64,000 bases of DNA from a virus: positions 40,628 to 104,627 of the IMG/VR virus record IMGVR_UViG_3300020182_000008; one strand, given 5' to 3'. How positions within the stretch are numbered: the first letter of the stretch is position 1; each line of letters opens with the position of its first letter. Positions 45,201 through 55,360 of this stretch are shown piece by piece. A program made the translations under genes and the position numbers. The notes beneath the pieces were generated by a model, which saw only the letters and a list, made by a program, of their open reading frames with translations, had not been told where the DNA came from and made no database searches.

Positions 45201-47621
45201 ATAGCCCAAATTGCTGTTTCACCTCAAGATAGTATAGATAGAGATATTGAAAATCAAATGGGATGGTTTGATATTGACACTTATATAGGTGATCCAACTA
45301 ACTCAAGTTCATTAACTTACCCTGGTTTAGAAGAAATTAAAAAATTCTATTTCCAAAAATATTATAAAAAGACAAGTGTTTTAGAATCGGTTAAATTATT
45401 ATCATATTTTGATAGTTCTTTATTTAAAATGTTAAAGGATTTTGTTCCTGCTAAAACACAACTTAATACTGGTTTAGTAATCAAACCTACTATTCTAGAA
45501 AGAACTAAACAACAACGCTTTGAACCTACTTTTGTCCAATATGATTATAGTGGATCTTTAGTAGTACCTAGTATTACTGGTTCAAACCCAATGAGTCAAA
45601 ATTTAAATACTACATTTACTGAAGCAATTCGTATCCCATCTAGCTCAGCGGATACAATTACAGCTTCATATGTGCTATATACACATACAGATAATAGAGA
45701 ACCATTTACAGGTGAATATAGTGGTAGTGAATTTACAGTTTACTCTCAACCTACTACTAATATTGTAACCGAGTTAAGTTTATTTAGAGTAGAAGCAGAT
45801 AATGATACTTATGTTTCTTATTCTGCTATACCTTTTAACCCTACATTTAATAATATATCTGAAGCAAGAAAATCAGTTCAATATATGGACTTAGATTACT
45901 CTTCGAATATAATTACACCTGTTAATATTGGGTTTATTACAAGTAGATCATTTGGTGAAATAACAGAAGCTGCTACTTCATTTTTAGATGCTCCTATTCA
46001 AGATAGTAATTATACTTTAAGACGTAATATAAATCCACGTTATTTAGGTAGTAAAACTACTTCTAAATTATATAATACTTATACTTTAGGAGATAATTCA
46101 TATGGACAAACAGCAGCCATAGATTTAAATTCACTTAAATTTGCTTACTTTTCAGAAGTAGTAGAAACAGGTTCTTTCTTCCCAGATAGATCAAACGTAT
46201 ATATTAAGTATTTAATTGATGGTAGATCAAATGTTACAGAATTAACTCGTAAAAATGAAACTATATTTGAAGTACAAAATATATTCAATGCTAAAAAACA
46301 AGCTAACATTTCATTAGATAATAACCAGGAATTTTCAGATCAAAAATATCTTGATGGTTTAAAACCTGTATATGCTGGTGGATATCGTTATTTACCTACA
46401 CTACAAAACCCAACTGGTAGTTCTACTTTATATTATAACTTTATCTCAGGATCTATCTCTAATATAACAAAAGAAGATTTAAGAGAAATACCTACTAGTT
46501 TAGGAGGAGACTTTATTAAAATAGGAAACTTTAATTTAGGTACAATTGAAATAACAAGTGGTAGTAATGTAGTTAATGTAGGAGGATATCCTTCTATAAC
46601 ATTAACTCGAAATACTCCTATAAACCAATCTTCAATTTGGTGGGATAATGATTTATTAATTAATGTTGAAGGTCAAGTTGAACTTGAAATTAATATACCT
46701 AAAAATGTTTCTGCTTCGTTTAATGATATAACTTGGAATCCATTTAATGGTTCACAACCTATACTATCTTCTTCAACTGATTTAGGTGAATTTACTTTAC
46801 TTAAAGCAACTTATCACGTAACTAACTCTGTTATTTTACCTAAAAATACAAACGAGATAGCAGCCATATTAGATGATTCACCTTCTGCTATGGGCGGTAG
46901 GTTTGAAACTAGTTTTGGAGATCCACAAATTGTAAGTGCTTCAATTAGTATAGGACAAGAATCAGCTAACCACTCAGAACCAAAATATACTTACTATTTC
47001 CCTTCTGATCCTGTAGTTTCTTTAACTTCAAGTATTACAGATGGAGGGGATGCATCTAATGGAAACGCTTTCTTTGTAAGAAATAATACAGGTTCATTCA
47101 ACATATTAACAGCATCTGTTTCAATGTCATATTGGTATGAAAATATAATCCAAACCTCTTCAGTTTATATTAGTGGTTCAGATTCATACGGTATAATAGA
47201 TGAAGCATTCTCAATTCAAGAAGGAGACCTATTTAGATTTGTAGATGTAAACGCAGGTGAACCCGGAACAGGAAGTGGGGTATTCCCTAAAGAATTTGAA
47301 CGTCAAGTAAAACGTGTAAACGTTATACTAAGAGACGAGGTAACAAATACAAACCGTTTAGCAATTGAATTTGACAAAGACATCCCAGCTAGAGCCTGTG
47401 AAGACTTTCCAGGAGCAACTTTACCTGAAGATGCTAGACAAATTAAACGATTTGTTATATTAAAAAAAGTACAAGATGAGACAAACATAGTACTTGACTT
47501 TGCTAAGCAACCTGGTAGAACCTCTTCAGGAATTGTCTTACCAGCTGATATACCAAAAGCTTTACAAGAAAAAGCAGGTAACATTGTAAAAGAACTTAAA
47601 TCACAGAATTTAATATCATAA
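42261..47621 (+). CDS. Large baseplate/tail structural protein (gp7-like, LamG-like domain)
   Basis: LLVAMLGQHFD, NLPYLLKTRGS.RGLRALL.CFGI, IEFRFKT, FDGEYQEFRYW. Confidence 0.75.
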   Translation: MEKTSVVYNPLDPYIAQDYTTQDVNLLNEFSINREFGAEQDTVEYQVYSTTNQLLAVNYSFKNYTVQTTKDNSSVFDTLYLDPTQDVKDAGFDIGKYNTVYYFYRPIFLSNSSTRYYIKEISSDRTEVKISTNDLSYNAVSTSYLNYLTSKNSKSFYSDFILNFGNNRTLIGVNSLLDTDNTAEPGIFIKLYEPLPADYNVKDTLWVVEQVSDPYAFNVNIEFEDETEEQVEYLRGPNTDIELNKSTNMPTTYFNLNEVLDTSLTSSYQQVKSILEEKSVDINIDHTDYTNFVHFSSAYERLANFKYKLTQIQNYQSDLNQLNSLDALTDQSAISASKATIQENIDTLIEQFDNYEYYLYFESGSKAWPKSNTTLPYDNYAVTSDSSSVWYGSTDEDSAYYGGQILSASLYDDDNRNYIWNTLPAYIKEDPQNQNLELLVAMLGQHFDYVWTYTKAIGDLKEADNRPDYGISKDLVADTLRSLGIKLYTSNKTNENLFSALTGLSPSGSLVPDTGSYRIENYVSASNEPITYDNVNKEIYKRIYHNLPYLLKTRGSYRGLRALLNCFGIEDTILRIHEYGGIEKNVPQTTQYYENHVYALATNTSSVVEVPWLPAIMPMVGEFWEEMDVDWNNIEGWWNGVLAEDQVPDTIEFRFKTNGIPSASHHTQSLFQVNNSDSSSQFGIQLLYPSESIATSNGVYDHYGELRFILSGSQGYASTDAIFLPFFTGSFFNLKLDRQPSKMNLQDTGSDAFYELIVKQGKYDGHSGFIEQQGSASLFISGSTSSSYNEGWSNYTFSSGNQQLYGFLGGASSSNVIAPDGVIFDGEYQEFRYWITNLSQSVFDQHVLNPTSYAGNDITASYYDLVYRLPLGNYDRISGSRRVSVHPMVTGSSAPTSSFLGTGSSTVNYGIITNLTANSFVSESKIDLIQGPDMGAFTLNEDKIRVTNNEIISGSTLSAYVSVQQNILSSSNIDFTADLDIAQIAVSPQDSIDRDIENQMGWFDIDTYIGDPTNSSSLTYPGLEEIKKFYFQKYYKKTSVLESVKLLSYFDSSLFKMLKDFVPAKTQLNTGLVIKPTILERTKQQRFEPTFVQYDYSGSLVVPSITGSNPMSQNLNTTFTEAIRIPSSSADTITASYVLYTHTDNREPFTGEYSGSEFTVYSQPTTNIVTELSLFRVEADNDTYVSYSAIPFNPTFNNISEARKSVQYMDLDYSSNIITPVNIGFITSRSFGEITEAATSFLDAPIQDSNYTLRRNINPRYLGSKTTSKLYNTYTLGDNSYGQTAAIDLNSLKFAYFSEVVETGSFFPDRSNVYIKYLIDGRSNVTELTRKNETIFEVQNIFNAKKQANISLDNNQEFSDQKYLDGLKPVYAGGYRYLPTLQNPTGSSTLYYNFISGSISNITKEDLREIPTSLGGDFIKIGNFNLGTIEITSGSNVVNVGGYPSITLTRNTPINQSSIWWDNDLLINVEGQVELEINIPKNVSASFNDITWNPFNGSQPILSSSTDLGEFTLLKATYHVTNSVILPKNTNEIAAILDDSPSAMGGRFETSFGDPQIVSASISIGQESANHSEPKYTYYFPSDPVVSLTSSITDGGDASNGNAFFVRNNTGSFNILTASVSMSYWYENIIQTSSVYISGSDSYGIIDEAFSIQEGDLFRFVDVNAGEPGTGSGVFPKEFERQVKRVNVILRDEVTNTNRLAIEFDKDIPARACEDFPGATLPEDARQIKRFVILKKVQDETNIVLDFAKQPGRTSSGIVLPADIPKALQEKAGNIVKELKSQNLIS

Positions 47622-47637
47622 AAACTTAAAAAACACT

Positions 47638-47646
47638 ATATTTATA
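47638..47646 (+). promoter_or_regulatory. Putative late promoter ATATTTATA
   Basis: Intergenic, upstream of 47664. Confidence 0.6.
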
Positions 47647-47663
47647 TACAACAAGACTAAACC

Positions 47664-48323
47664 ATGGGATATTTAAATAATAACACAGTTACTGTTGATG
47701 CCATCCTCACTAAAAAAGGGCGCGAGTTGTTAGCTCGAAACGATGGCTCATTTAGAATTACACAATTCTCTTTAGCAGATGACGAAATCGATTATACTTT
47801 GTATAATCCAAATCACCCATCTGGTTCTGCATTTTACGGAGAGGCAATTGAAAATATGCCTATTCTAGAAGCATTCCCAGATGAAACACAAACAATGAAA
47901 TATAAGTTGTTAACTTTACCTAGAGGTACAGCTAAATTACCTGTACTTGAACTAGGATATACAACTATTACATTAAAACAAGGTTCTTCATTGTCAATTA
48001 CACCTCAAACACTAAACTATTTAGGTACAGATTCAACATTTGAAGCTAGTGGATATACAGCTACAATTGGAGATTCAAGAACACTTTCAAACTTTGAAGG
48101 AGTAGGTGTAAACACTGCTACAGCAGCTAACTTAAATACAACAACTACTGTAGGTACAAACGTATCTAGAACAGTAATTGGAACAACAATTAATTTAACT
48201 GCAACTACAGTTAATACATTGTTTGGAACATCAAATACATTGAACACTATCTTAACAGTAACAGGTAGAGATTCAGGAGCAAGATTAACAATCCCACTTA
48301 ACATAACAAAAGTAACATCGTAA
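47664..48323 (+). CDS. Conserved tail/baseplate structural protein
   Basis: MGYLNNNTVTVDAILTKKGRELLA...ITQFSLADDEIDY. Confidence 0.7.
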   Translation: MGYLNNNTVTVDAILTKKGRELLARNDGSFRITQFSLADDEIDYTLYNPNHPSGSAFYGEAIENMPILEAFPDETQTMKYKLLTLPRGTAKLPVLELGYTTITLKQGSSLSITPQTLNYLGTDSTFEASGYTATIGDSRTLSNFEGVGVNTATAANLNTTTTVGTNVSRTVIGTTINLTATTVNTLFGTSNTLNTILTVTGRDSGARLTIPLNITKVTS

Positions 48324-48327
48324 TATT

Positions 48328-49374
48328 ATGAGCTTTGTAAGTTTAAACGCTAGTGATTTTGTAGTAAGTGCGGATTCTATCACTTCTACTCTGTGGACAG
48401 GTCAAACACCTACACTAAATCAATTTTTTACTTCATCCCAAACATCTTCATTTAACACTTATTTAGATGTCTACCAAACATCCTCTTTAAGATCAGATGC
48501 TGAAGTACAATTTTCAATTGCCTATGGTGAAGTAGCAGGTTCAGGATCTGCCCCTTATAACAATTTAGTAACTGGAAGTTCTCCTTCTAAAGTAACCTAT
48601 GGTCAATTTAGAACTTTAGTAAACGGAGACGAAAATACTAACTTTAGTTTTGGAACTGGAAATACAGATTCAAGAGACATTTATGTATTAAATGTTAATA
48701 GAGCAAGATATAAAGAAAAACTATTCCCTGGTACATTCAATCTTGTTTTATCTGGTTCAGATGGAACTGAAGTAACACGTTTACAGTTAACAGACAACTC
48801 TAAAGACGTAACTACATTAACATTTACAGATGCAGGACGTGTATTCGATATTGTAAGTGGATCAAATGGTTCAGCTACAACTGCTGTTCCAATCTCAGCC
48901 TCTACTACAACAGCAGGATACACACCTTCAGGATCATATGGAAAATATTTACCTGATGTTGGTTTAATTGTATTAAACCCTAGAGCACTTGCTCTATCAG
49001 GATCACAAGGAGGTTTAGGTATAACTGTAAATAATGATTTAACAGATGAAGCTCTTATAACTAACCACAGTCAATTATTTGAATCAATTAAACTAGCCCA
49101 AACATTCTCACTTAACTCAGAAGAAACTATAACATCTGATTATATTTTTGTAAGAGTAAGAAATACCGATTTTAACTACTCTACTAACCCATCTATGATT
49201 AGTGGTAGTGGAGAGTTCGTATATTCAAGTTTGATCAATAATCCCCAAACCTTTATAACAACTGTAGGTTTGTATAATGATGCTAACGAATTATTATCTG
49301 TAGCTAAATTATCGAAGCCATTAGTTAAAGATTTTACAAAAGAAGCTCTAGTAAGAGTAAAATTAGATTTTTAA
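48328..49374 (+). CDS. Tail/baseplate structural protein
   Basis: C-terminal ITTVGLYNDANELLSVAKLSKPL, a tail-fibre-collar-like motif. Confidence 0.7.
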   Translation: MSFVSLNASDFVVSADSITSTLWTGQTPTLNQFFTSSQTSSFNTYLDVYQTSSLRSDAEVQFSIAYGEVAGSGSAPYNNLVTGSSPSKVTYGQFRTLVNGDENTNFSFGTGNTDSRDIYVLNVNRARYKEKLFPGTFNLVLSGSDGTEVTRLQLTDNSKDVTTLTFTDAGRVFDIVSGSNGSATTAVPISASTTTAGYTPSGSYGKYLPDVGLIVLNPRALALSGSQGGLGITVNNDLTDEALITNHSQLFESIKLAQTFSLNSEETITSDYIFVRVRNTDFNYSTNPSMISGSGEFVYSSLINNPQTFITTVGLYNDANELLSVAKLSKPLVKDFTKEALVRVKLDF

Positions 49375-49377
49375 TGA

Positions 49378-52300
49378 ATGAGTTTTGCATACAAAAAACT
49401 AAACCCTGCTGAAATAAAATCAGTACCATACGTTGCTAATAAGCAGTATGAGTACGATTCATCTTCATATGCAGATAATAACATTCAAACTTATATAGGG
49501 GAATATATTCCTATCACTACAGATCAACCCTTTGATGCTGTAAATGATAACTTAACTACTGATGGAAATTATAGACGTTTGATTTATGAATCAATTCGTC
49601 ACTTATACTACCAAAATTACGTTACAAAATCCTCTCAAGATCAAGATATTGACTCTGATGATTTAATTTATCCCGATAACGTAAATTATTTTTGGCATTC
49701 ATCTTCATACGATAATTATATTCAAAATACTATGGCTTCGGGTACATTCCCGAACTTTAGAGAATTTCCTTATTTTGAAACAGTAGAATATGATTTTGAT
49801 GCTACTTCATCCCAATATGGTGATGCACTTTACTTTATAGAAAATGCTGCTAAAATTAGAGTAATTTCTATCCCAAAAGACAAATATGGTGAAGGAATTA
49901 AACCAAATACATTTGTCATTTCAGGATCTAACTTTTATATGGCAGATGATGGTCAAGGAAACATCTATGACTATATTAAAGTAATAGCTCGCTATGGTGA
50001 ACGTTTCTATTCAGCTGCTCCTGGCTATTATTCAGGTGAAGGATTAGCTACACCTGTAGGAAATGTATTTTACAATCATGGTTTAGCTGTAATTACAAAT
50101 GTAGATTACCTTTGCTTTATAGAAGGTAACCCCGTAGCTCGTAATGATTATATTACTCTTCTTAATACCCAAGAAGAAAAAATATTAAATATTATAGAGA
50201 GAGACTTTGATGATTGTGTATCTCTAGATTCAGGATCGGTATCTACTTCTCCTATTGAAGGATATTCATTCCCTGATTATAGTATAAGTGGAAGTGGAGA
50301 TATAGTAATTACCCCTAATTTAAATAGTATTATACCTGGGGGATATCGTTTACAATATACAGTAGACAATACTTTAGGGTTAACAAGCAACACAGCTTCA
50401 CTTTATTTAAATATCACATCTGAACCTTTAACCTCATCAGTTAATTCAGTAACTCAAACATGTTGGCAAGGAGATATATCATCTTCAGTAACATTTTCAA
50501 TAGATAAAGGCATTCCACCTTATAGCTGGTCTATAGATGGGATAAATTATACACCTACAAACGATTTATTTCAACCAATATTAAGTGCTTCATTAACCCC
50601 AACCCGTTCTTTAGTATTAAGTATTAAAGATAATGCAGGTGAAATTGTAACTCAATCAATTAATACTGCCTTTATTCCTATAGATAGCCATATATTCCAA
50701 AATGATGTATCTAATTGTAGTACAAATGATGGTAGTATAATTGTAAGTGCAAGTGGGGCAGAAGGAGTAATATCAGCTTCCTTAACAGCATCCTTTTCTA
50801 ACTCCTTAGAAACACCTTGTGAACTTACAGGACTAGAAGTAGGAACTTATACGGTATATCTTCAAGATTCTAATTTATGTACTAGTTCTTCTATAATAGA
50901 AGTAACTAAAACAACCCCAGTTACAGCAAGTTATACAATTACACACATAGATTGTTTTGGAACAGCAAGTGGTAAAATTATCTTAGATGAATTAGATGAA
51001 AATGATGAACCTCAAGATTATTTTTTAACGGGAGGAACAGAACCTCTAACATGGAGTTGGTCAGGTCCCGATGGGTTTTCAACTTCATCACAAAATGTAA
51101 TTAATGCTACAAGTGGGTCTTATATATTAAATATATTTGATGCTGATGGATGTAATTATTCATTTAATTATGAAATTACTTCTTCAACCCAAATTACGTA
51201 TACCGCTAGTTTAAATTATAACTCCCCAGAATCTTCATCTATAGATATAACTAATATAACAGGGGGTACTGAATTATATTCATATATTGTTACTACTGAT
51301 CTCTCTATATACAGTGGATCACTTACTACTCCTGGTATTACAATTGGCCTCCCAGCAGATAATTTAAATTCAGGTTCTGCTAGTATAGAATTATATGATA
51401 ATCAATTAAATTGTTATGCTTATACTACTAGTTTAGAAATTTATAGCAGAGCATGGGAAACAAGTGAATCTTTTTGTGAAGATGGTACAGGTAGTGTATC
51501 ACAACGTAACCTTAATTTCTATACAAATGAACCAACAGGTGCAGAATGGGTAACAGTAAAAATACATTCTGGAAGTGAAACACCTGTTGAATTAGCCACC
51601 TCTGGTAGCGCTACAGGAAGTTATTCTTGGAATGGAAATGATACAATTTATATAGATATATTTACGGGTTCTAATGATGATTTTTATTTAAGAAGAGAAT
51701 TTAGTGGATCAAGTGATACGGGTACACCTGCTACTATAACAGGTAGTGAAATAACAAATTCAGTATTATTAACGGGTAATGCTAATATGGTACATTTTGA
51801 GGAAAACTTAGATGTATCCTTAACATTTGGACCGGATTATGGAATATCTTCTTTGCATTTAACTGCTTCTAAAATTAATACTGAAGAATTAACTACAGAT
51901 ATAAACTTTAAATTTGATCGTCAAATTCCATTATCCAAAATTAGAGATAATTTTACAGCTAGTGCTGCTACCTTAATTACAACTGGTAGTGATGGAAGTG
52001 GATCTAACTTTATAGCACGTGATAATGAATTTATAGATACAAAATATGGAGATACAGGTAGCTTTATAGGACCAAATAAAAAACTATTCAGAGATAGTTA
52101 CGCTTTTGGAAATATTATAAACACAATCTCTGGCTCAAGCGTAGAGTATACTAGTGGATCTATATTTAGTGGATCAATTTCAGCAAGTATATTTGGTGGA
52201 GATAATGGGCATTATTTTACCCAACGCACAGATAAAATTTGGTTAATGACAGCTGATGTAGATAATATTGAATATTTAGAAGTATTCTCATACACAGATG

Positions 52301-52629
52301 CTGATGAATACGAAAATGACCCTATAGGAACTAGAACAAATACTAAATATACTCACAGAGAATATAAAATATTTGCAGGTTCTCAACGAATGGAACATGA
52401 TCTTATGTATATTATGATATTACATGAAGATGAGTATGCTGAAATGCCTTTACCCGCTGGATTGGGTGGTGGAGAAATATTTAATAGAAAACTTCAAAAC
52501 TTAAAAGACGTTAACCGAGTTTACTATTTATTTATGTCTCCGATTGGATCATCTGCCTCACAAGCAGAATTAGATTCTAGAGCAATAGCAGTTGGACAAT
52601 ACTTTATAGATAACGTAATTTATGGCTAA
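49378..52629 (+). CDS. Tail fibre/receptor-binding protein with SprB-type repeats
   Basis: N-terminus resembles 48328-49374; HIDCFGTASGKI, GGTEPLTWSWSGPDGF, GSYILNIFDADGC. Confidence 0.7.
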   Translation: MSFAYKKLNPAEIKSVPYVANKQYEYDSSSYADNNIQTYIGEYIPITTDQPFDAVNDNLTTDGNYRRLIYESIRHLYYQNYVTKSSQDQDIDSDDLIYPDNVNYFWHSSSYDNYIQNTMASGTFPNFREFPYFETVEYDFDATSSQYGDALYFIENAAKIRVISIPKDKYGEGIKPNTFVISGSNFYMADDGQGNIYDYIKVIARYGERFYSAAPGYYSGEGLATPVGNVFYNHGLAVITNVDYLCFIEGNPVARNDYITLLNTQEEKILNIIERDFDDCVSLDSGSVSTSPIEGYSFPDYSISGSGDIVITPNLNSIIPGGYRLQYTVDNTLGLTSNTASLYLNITSEPLTSSVNSVTQTCWQGDISSSVTFSIDKGIPPYSWSIDGINYTPTNDLFQPILSASLTPTRSLVLSIKDNAGEIVTQSINTAFIPIDSHIFQNDVSNCSTNDGSIIVSASGAEGVISASLTASFSNSLETPCELTGLEVGTYTVYLQDSNLCTSSSIIEVTKTTPVTASYTITHIDCFGTASGKIILDELDENDEPQDYFLTGGTEPLTWSWSGPDGFSTSSQNVINATSGSYILNIFDADGCNYSFNYEITSSTQITYTASLNYNSPESSSIDITNITGGTELYSYIVTTDLSIYSGSLTTPGITIGLPADNLNSGSASIELYDNQLNCYAYTTSLEIYSRAWETSESFCEDGTGSVSQRNLNFYTNEPTGAEWVTVKIHSGSETPVELATSGSATGSYSWNGNDTIYIDIFTGSNDDFYLRREFSGSSDTGTPATITGSEITNSVLLTGNANMVHFEENLDVSLTFGPDYGISSLHLTASKINTEELTTDINFKFDRQIPLSKIRDNFTASAATLITTGSDGSGSNFIARDNEFIDTKYGDTGSFIGPNKKLFRDSYAFGNIINTISGSSVEYTSGSIFSGSISASIFGGDNGHYFTQRTDKIWLMTADVDNIEYLEVFSYTDADEYENDPIGTRTNTKYTHREYKIFAGSQRMEHDLMYIMILHEDEYAEMPLPAGLGGGEIFNRKLQNLKDVNRVYYLFMSPIGSSASQAELDSRAIAVGQYFIDNVIYG

Positions 52630-54352
52630 TACAGGTTACCAAATATCACCCACAGTAAGACAATACTTTACTTCTGGACCAAATTCAGGTAGTGTAGTAA
52701 CGGCTTCTTTTGATGTTGATTTAACTGTAGCCCCTTTTAGCGCTTCGTTAAACAACGAAGATTATTTTTATAGAGCATATGATCCTATCGATTGTGAACC
52801 TGGATTTGAAGACTGTCAAGTACCACTTTTAACTAGTTTAAATACTGGTTCTCGTAGAGGGAGATTTGCTATAAATTATTTAACAGCCTCTAGTTATTTA
52901 GGATCAAATGACCCCTTAGCTATAACTGCTTCTGTATCAAATGACCCTAACTTTGGAACATCAGAAATATTTTCTTCTTCTATAGGAGATCTCATACCAG
53001 TTACAACTTCTTTTGTAAGTGGTACAGTATATTTTAAAGCATTTGCTTCATGTAGTGGTCCCGACCAGTCCCCAGATTCATCTCCTTTATCATTTACATA
53101 TGATTTACTACCTCCTCCTTTATCAGTAGGTAGTGTAAATGTTATATTTAAAAATAACCTTTCCTCTCCTATGGAGGTACAAATTCGTAGCACTAGAGGA
53201 AATGCAGACTATAAAATAGCAGCTGGAAATTCTGTAACTTATGATTATAGTACATCCCCTGATCCGGGTGCCTGGACATCTACAGGTCGTTCAGAAGATT
53301 TAACAGTTACGATAAAAGGAGGATCTAGAAGTGCTTATGGAAATTTTATCCAAAGAACTACTTCAGGTATAGAAAAAGAAACTTATACTACAGGAGGAGG
53401 ATATGATGCCCCTACCGCTAATTCAGATAATAGTTCAACTTTTACACCTGATAAAGGAGTAACATTTAATATAAGACAATTAGTTTTACCTGCTAATGGT
53501 ACTACTACAACTACTACTTTTACTTTATTAACAAATACCCCACCTCCACCCCCACCAACACCTGAACCTGAACCAGACCCAGGACCTGGACCCGCCCCAG
53601 CTTCTACACCTTATGTTGCAACTCAATTTGGTTCTGTACCTTATTCTACACAAGACACCGTTTGTGCTAATACAGGTGTAAATTATAGAGAAAAAACTTA
53701 TTTTAAAAAAAACGGATATCTTTATAATTCTAGAGCGGATGCCTTGGATAATACAAGGGCAGTATTTCCTTCTTCTGTAAACTATATACTTACAAGTCTA
53801 ACTGTTTATTTAATTGTTAATAAAGATGGATATATTCAAAATAGAGGAGGATGTATACTACCTTCTATTTCAATATACACTGTTAGAGGATCATTCCCTG
53901 ATCAAGAATCTGCTTGTAAAAGAAGCAAAACAAATGCTGGTTCAAATACTTTTTCATATAAAGATAATAAGCTACAAGGTTCAAGTCTTTCAGGTAGATA
54001 CCCCCTAGGTGGAACTGGTAGAGGAGGACGCAATGTTATTTTAAGTGCTGGAAGAATTATAGGATATGAAACTTGTGGAACAGAACTTAGTAATGTTTCT
54101 TATGGATCTACTGGATGGAGCAACTCAACTTACCCACTACTCACCCCAGAAAATATTAACCCTAGATCCTTAAATAGAATTTGTGGAAATTCCTTAGCTA
54201 CTTATAAACTAGGACCCTCAGGAACTATATATTATGCTACAAGTCCTTATGTTCCATTAGGAGGAAGCACAGGCCGATGGTTCAAAACAACCTCAGGTAC
54301 GTTTGTAAGAATACAAAGTGGTACTATAATTGATACAGCATCCCCTTGTTAA
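52622..54352 (+). CDS. Putative tail fibre protein with proline-rich hinge
   Basis: PPPPPPTPEPEPDPGPGPAPA hinge, followed by about three Cys-containing repeats. Confidence 0.6.
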   Translation: MANTGYQISPTVRQYFTSGPNSGSVVTASFDVDLTVAPFSASLNNEDYFYRAYDPIDCEPGFEDCQVPLLTSLNTGSRRGRFAINYLTASSYLGSNDPLAITASVSNDPNFGTSEIFSSSIGDLIPVTTSFVSGTVYFKAFASCSGPDQSPDSSPLSFTYDLLPPPLSVGSVNVIFKNNLSSPMEVQIRSTRGNADYKIAAGNSVTYDYSTSPDPGAWTSTGRSEDLTVTIKGGSRSAYGNFIQRTTSGIEKETYTTGGGYDAPTANSDNSSTFTPDKGVTFNIRQLVLPANGTTTTTTFTLLTNTPPPPPPTPEPEPDPGPGPAPASTPYVATQFGSVPYSTQDTVCANTGVNYREKTYFKKNGYLYNSRADALDNTRAVFPSSVNYILTSLTVYLIVNKDGYIQNRGGCILPSISIYTVRGSFPDQESACKRSKTNAGSNTFSYKDNKLQGSSLSGRYPLGGTGRGGRNVILSAGRIIGYETCGTELSNVSYGSTGWSNSTYPLLTPENINPRSLNRICGNSLATYKLGPSGTIYYATSPYVPLGGSTGRWFKTTSGTFVRIQSGTIIDTASPC

Positions 54353-54362
54353 AAAATAAATT

Positions 54363-54662
54363 ATGGCTATAACAGTAGGACCAAATAAAATATTATTTAA
54401 AAATAACTATACAGTTTACGAAAACGAGATTGTATGTACTGTTGATGCTGGTGAATTTAACATGAGCCAAAATCCTACTATCGCTACTGATAGTTCGGGT
54501 TTATTAAGAGATTTTGCTACTGGTTCAGATTTTATGCCTTATGCTACAACTATAGGGCTTTACAATGATAATAATGAATTATTAATGGTTGGTAAATTTG
54601 GCCAATCAATTCCTATCTCAAATGAGGTAGATACAACGTTCGTAATTAGATACGATCAATAA
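54363..54662 (+). CDS. Tail structural protein (C-terminal collar-like module)
   Basis: YATTIGLYNDNNELLMVGKFGQSIP, paralogous to the C-terminus of 48328-49374. Confidence 0.7.
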   Translation: MAITVGPNKILFKNNYTVYENEIVCTVDAGEFNMSQNPTIATDSSGLLRDFATGSDFMPYATTIGLYNDNNELLMVGKFGQSIPISNEVDTTFVIRYDQ

Positions 54663-54671
54663 AAACACAAT

Positions 54672-55142
54672 ATGTGGTTATATAAAGGAGAGGTTATAGG
54701 GAGCATTGAACAAATGCCCAAAGATACATTTGGCTTCATTTACGAAGTTACGTACATTCCAACAAACGAAAAATATCTAGGTAAAAAAGTATTATACTTT
54801 GAACGTAATAAACGTTTAGGTAAAAAAGCCTTAGAGACGTTACGTGAAGAAAGGAAAACTAAAGGTTTAAGAGGTAAAACACCTTTAAAACAAAAAATAG
54901 TAACTGAATCTGATTGGTTAACATATTATGGTTCACACAATAGAATTAAACAATTAGTTAAAGAAGGTAAAGACGATCAATTTTCTAAAAAAATATTAGA
55001 ATTTGCATTTGATAAAAAACATCTTACGTATCTTGAAACAAAACACCAATTCAGTAATTCCGTTCTAGAGAATACTGAATATATTAATGATAACATTTTA
55101 GGTAAATTTTTCAGAAAAGACTTGGTCAACCCAAACACTTAA
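54672..55142 (+). CDS. GIY-YIG (Seg-like) endonuclease-family protein
   Basis: GFIYEVT...KYLGKK, YYGS, FSKKILEF, LTYLE. Confidence 0.7.
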   Translation: MWLYKGEVIGSIEQMPKDTFGFIYEVTYIPTNEKYLGKKVLYFERNKRLGKKALETLREERKTKGLRGKTPLKQKIVTESDWLTYYGSHNRIKQLVKEGKDDQFSKKILEFAFDKKHLTYLETKHQFSNSVLENTEYINDNILGKFFRKDLVNPNT

Positions 55143-55152
55143 CGTACATTCA
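55122..55152 (+). promoter_or_regulatory. Early promoter TTGG-N17-CGTACATTCA
   Basis: Same spacing; would drive the primase operon. Confidence 0.65.
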
Positions 55153-55168
55153 CGTCTAAAGATAGGTT

Positions 55169-55360
55169 ATGGCTAGGAAAAAAGTTAAAATTGGAGATAA
55201 AGTAAAATACGATTTTATCATATCTAAAGGTATAGGTGAACTAATAAATATAAGAACCGAAACATATGGAACTGTATCTAACACTTGGTATTCAGTAAAA
55301 GGTGAAGATGGAACTATATATCCTTGTCGAAAAGAAGCAGTAACATTATTTAATGATTAA
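55169..55360 (+). CDS. Small SH3/KOW-like protein
   Basis: KVKIGDKVKY...GELI...WYSVK. Confidence 0.65.
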   Translation: MARKKVKIGDKVKYDFIISKGIGELINIRTETYGTVSNTWYSVKGEDGTIYPCRKEAVTLFND

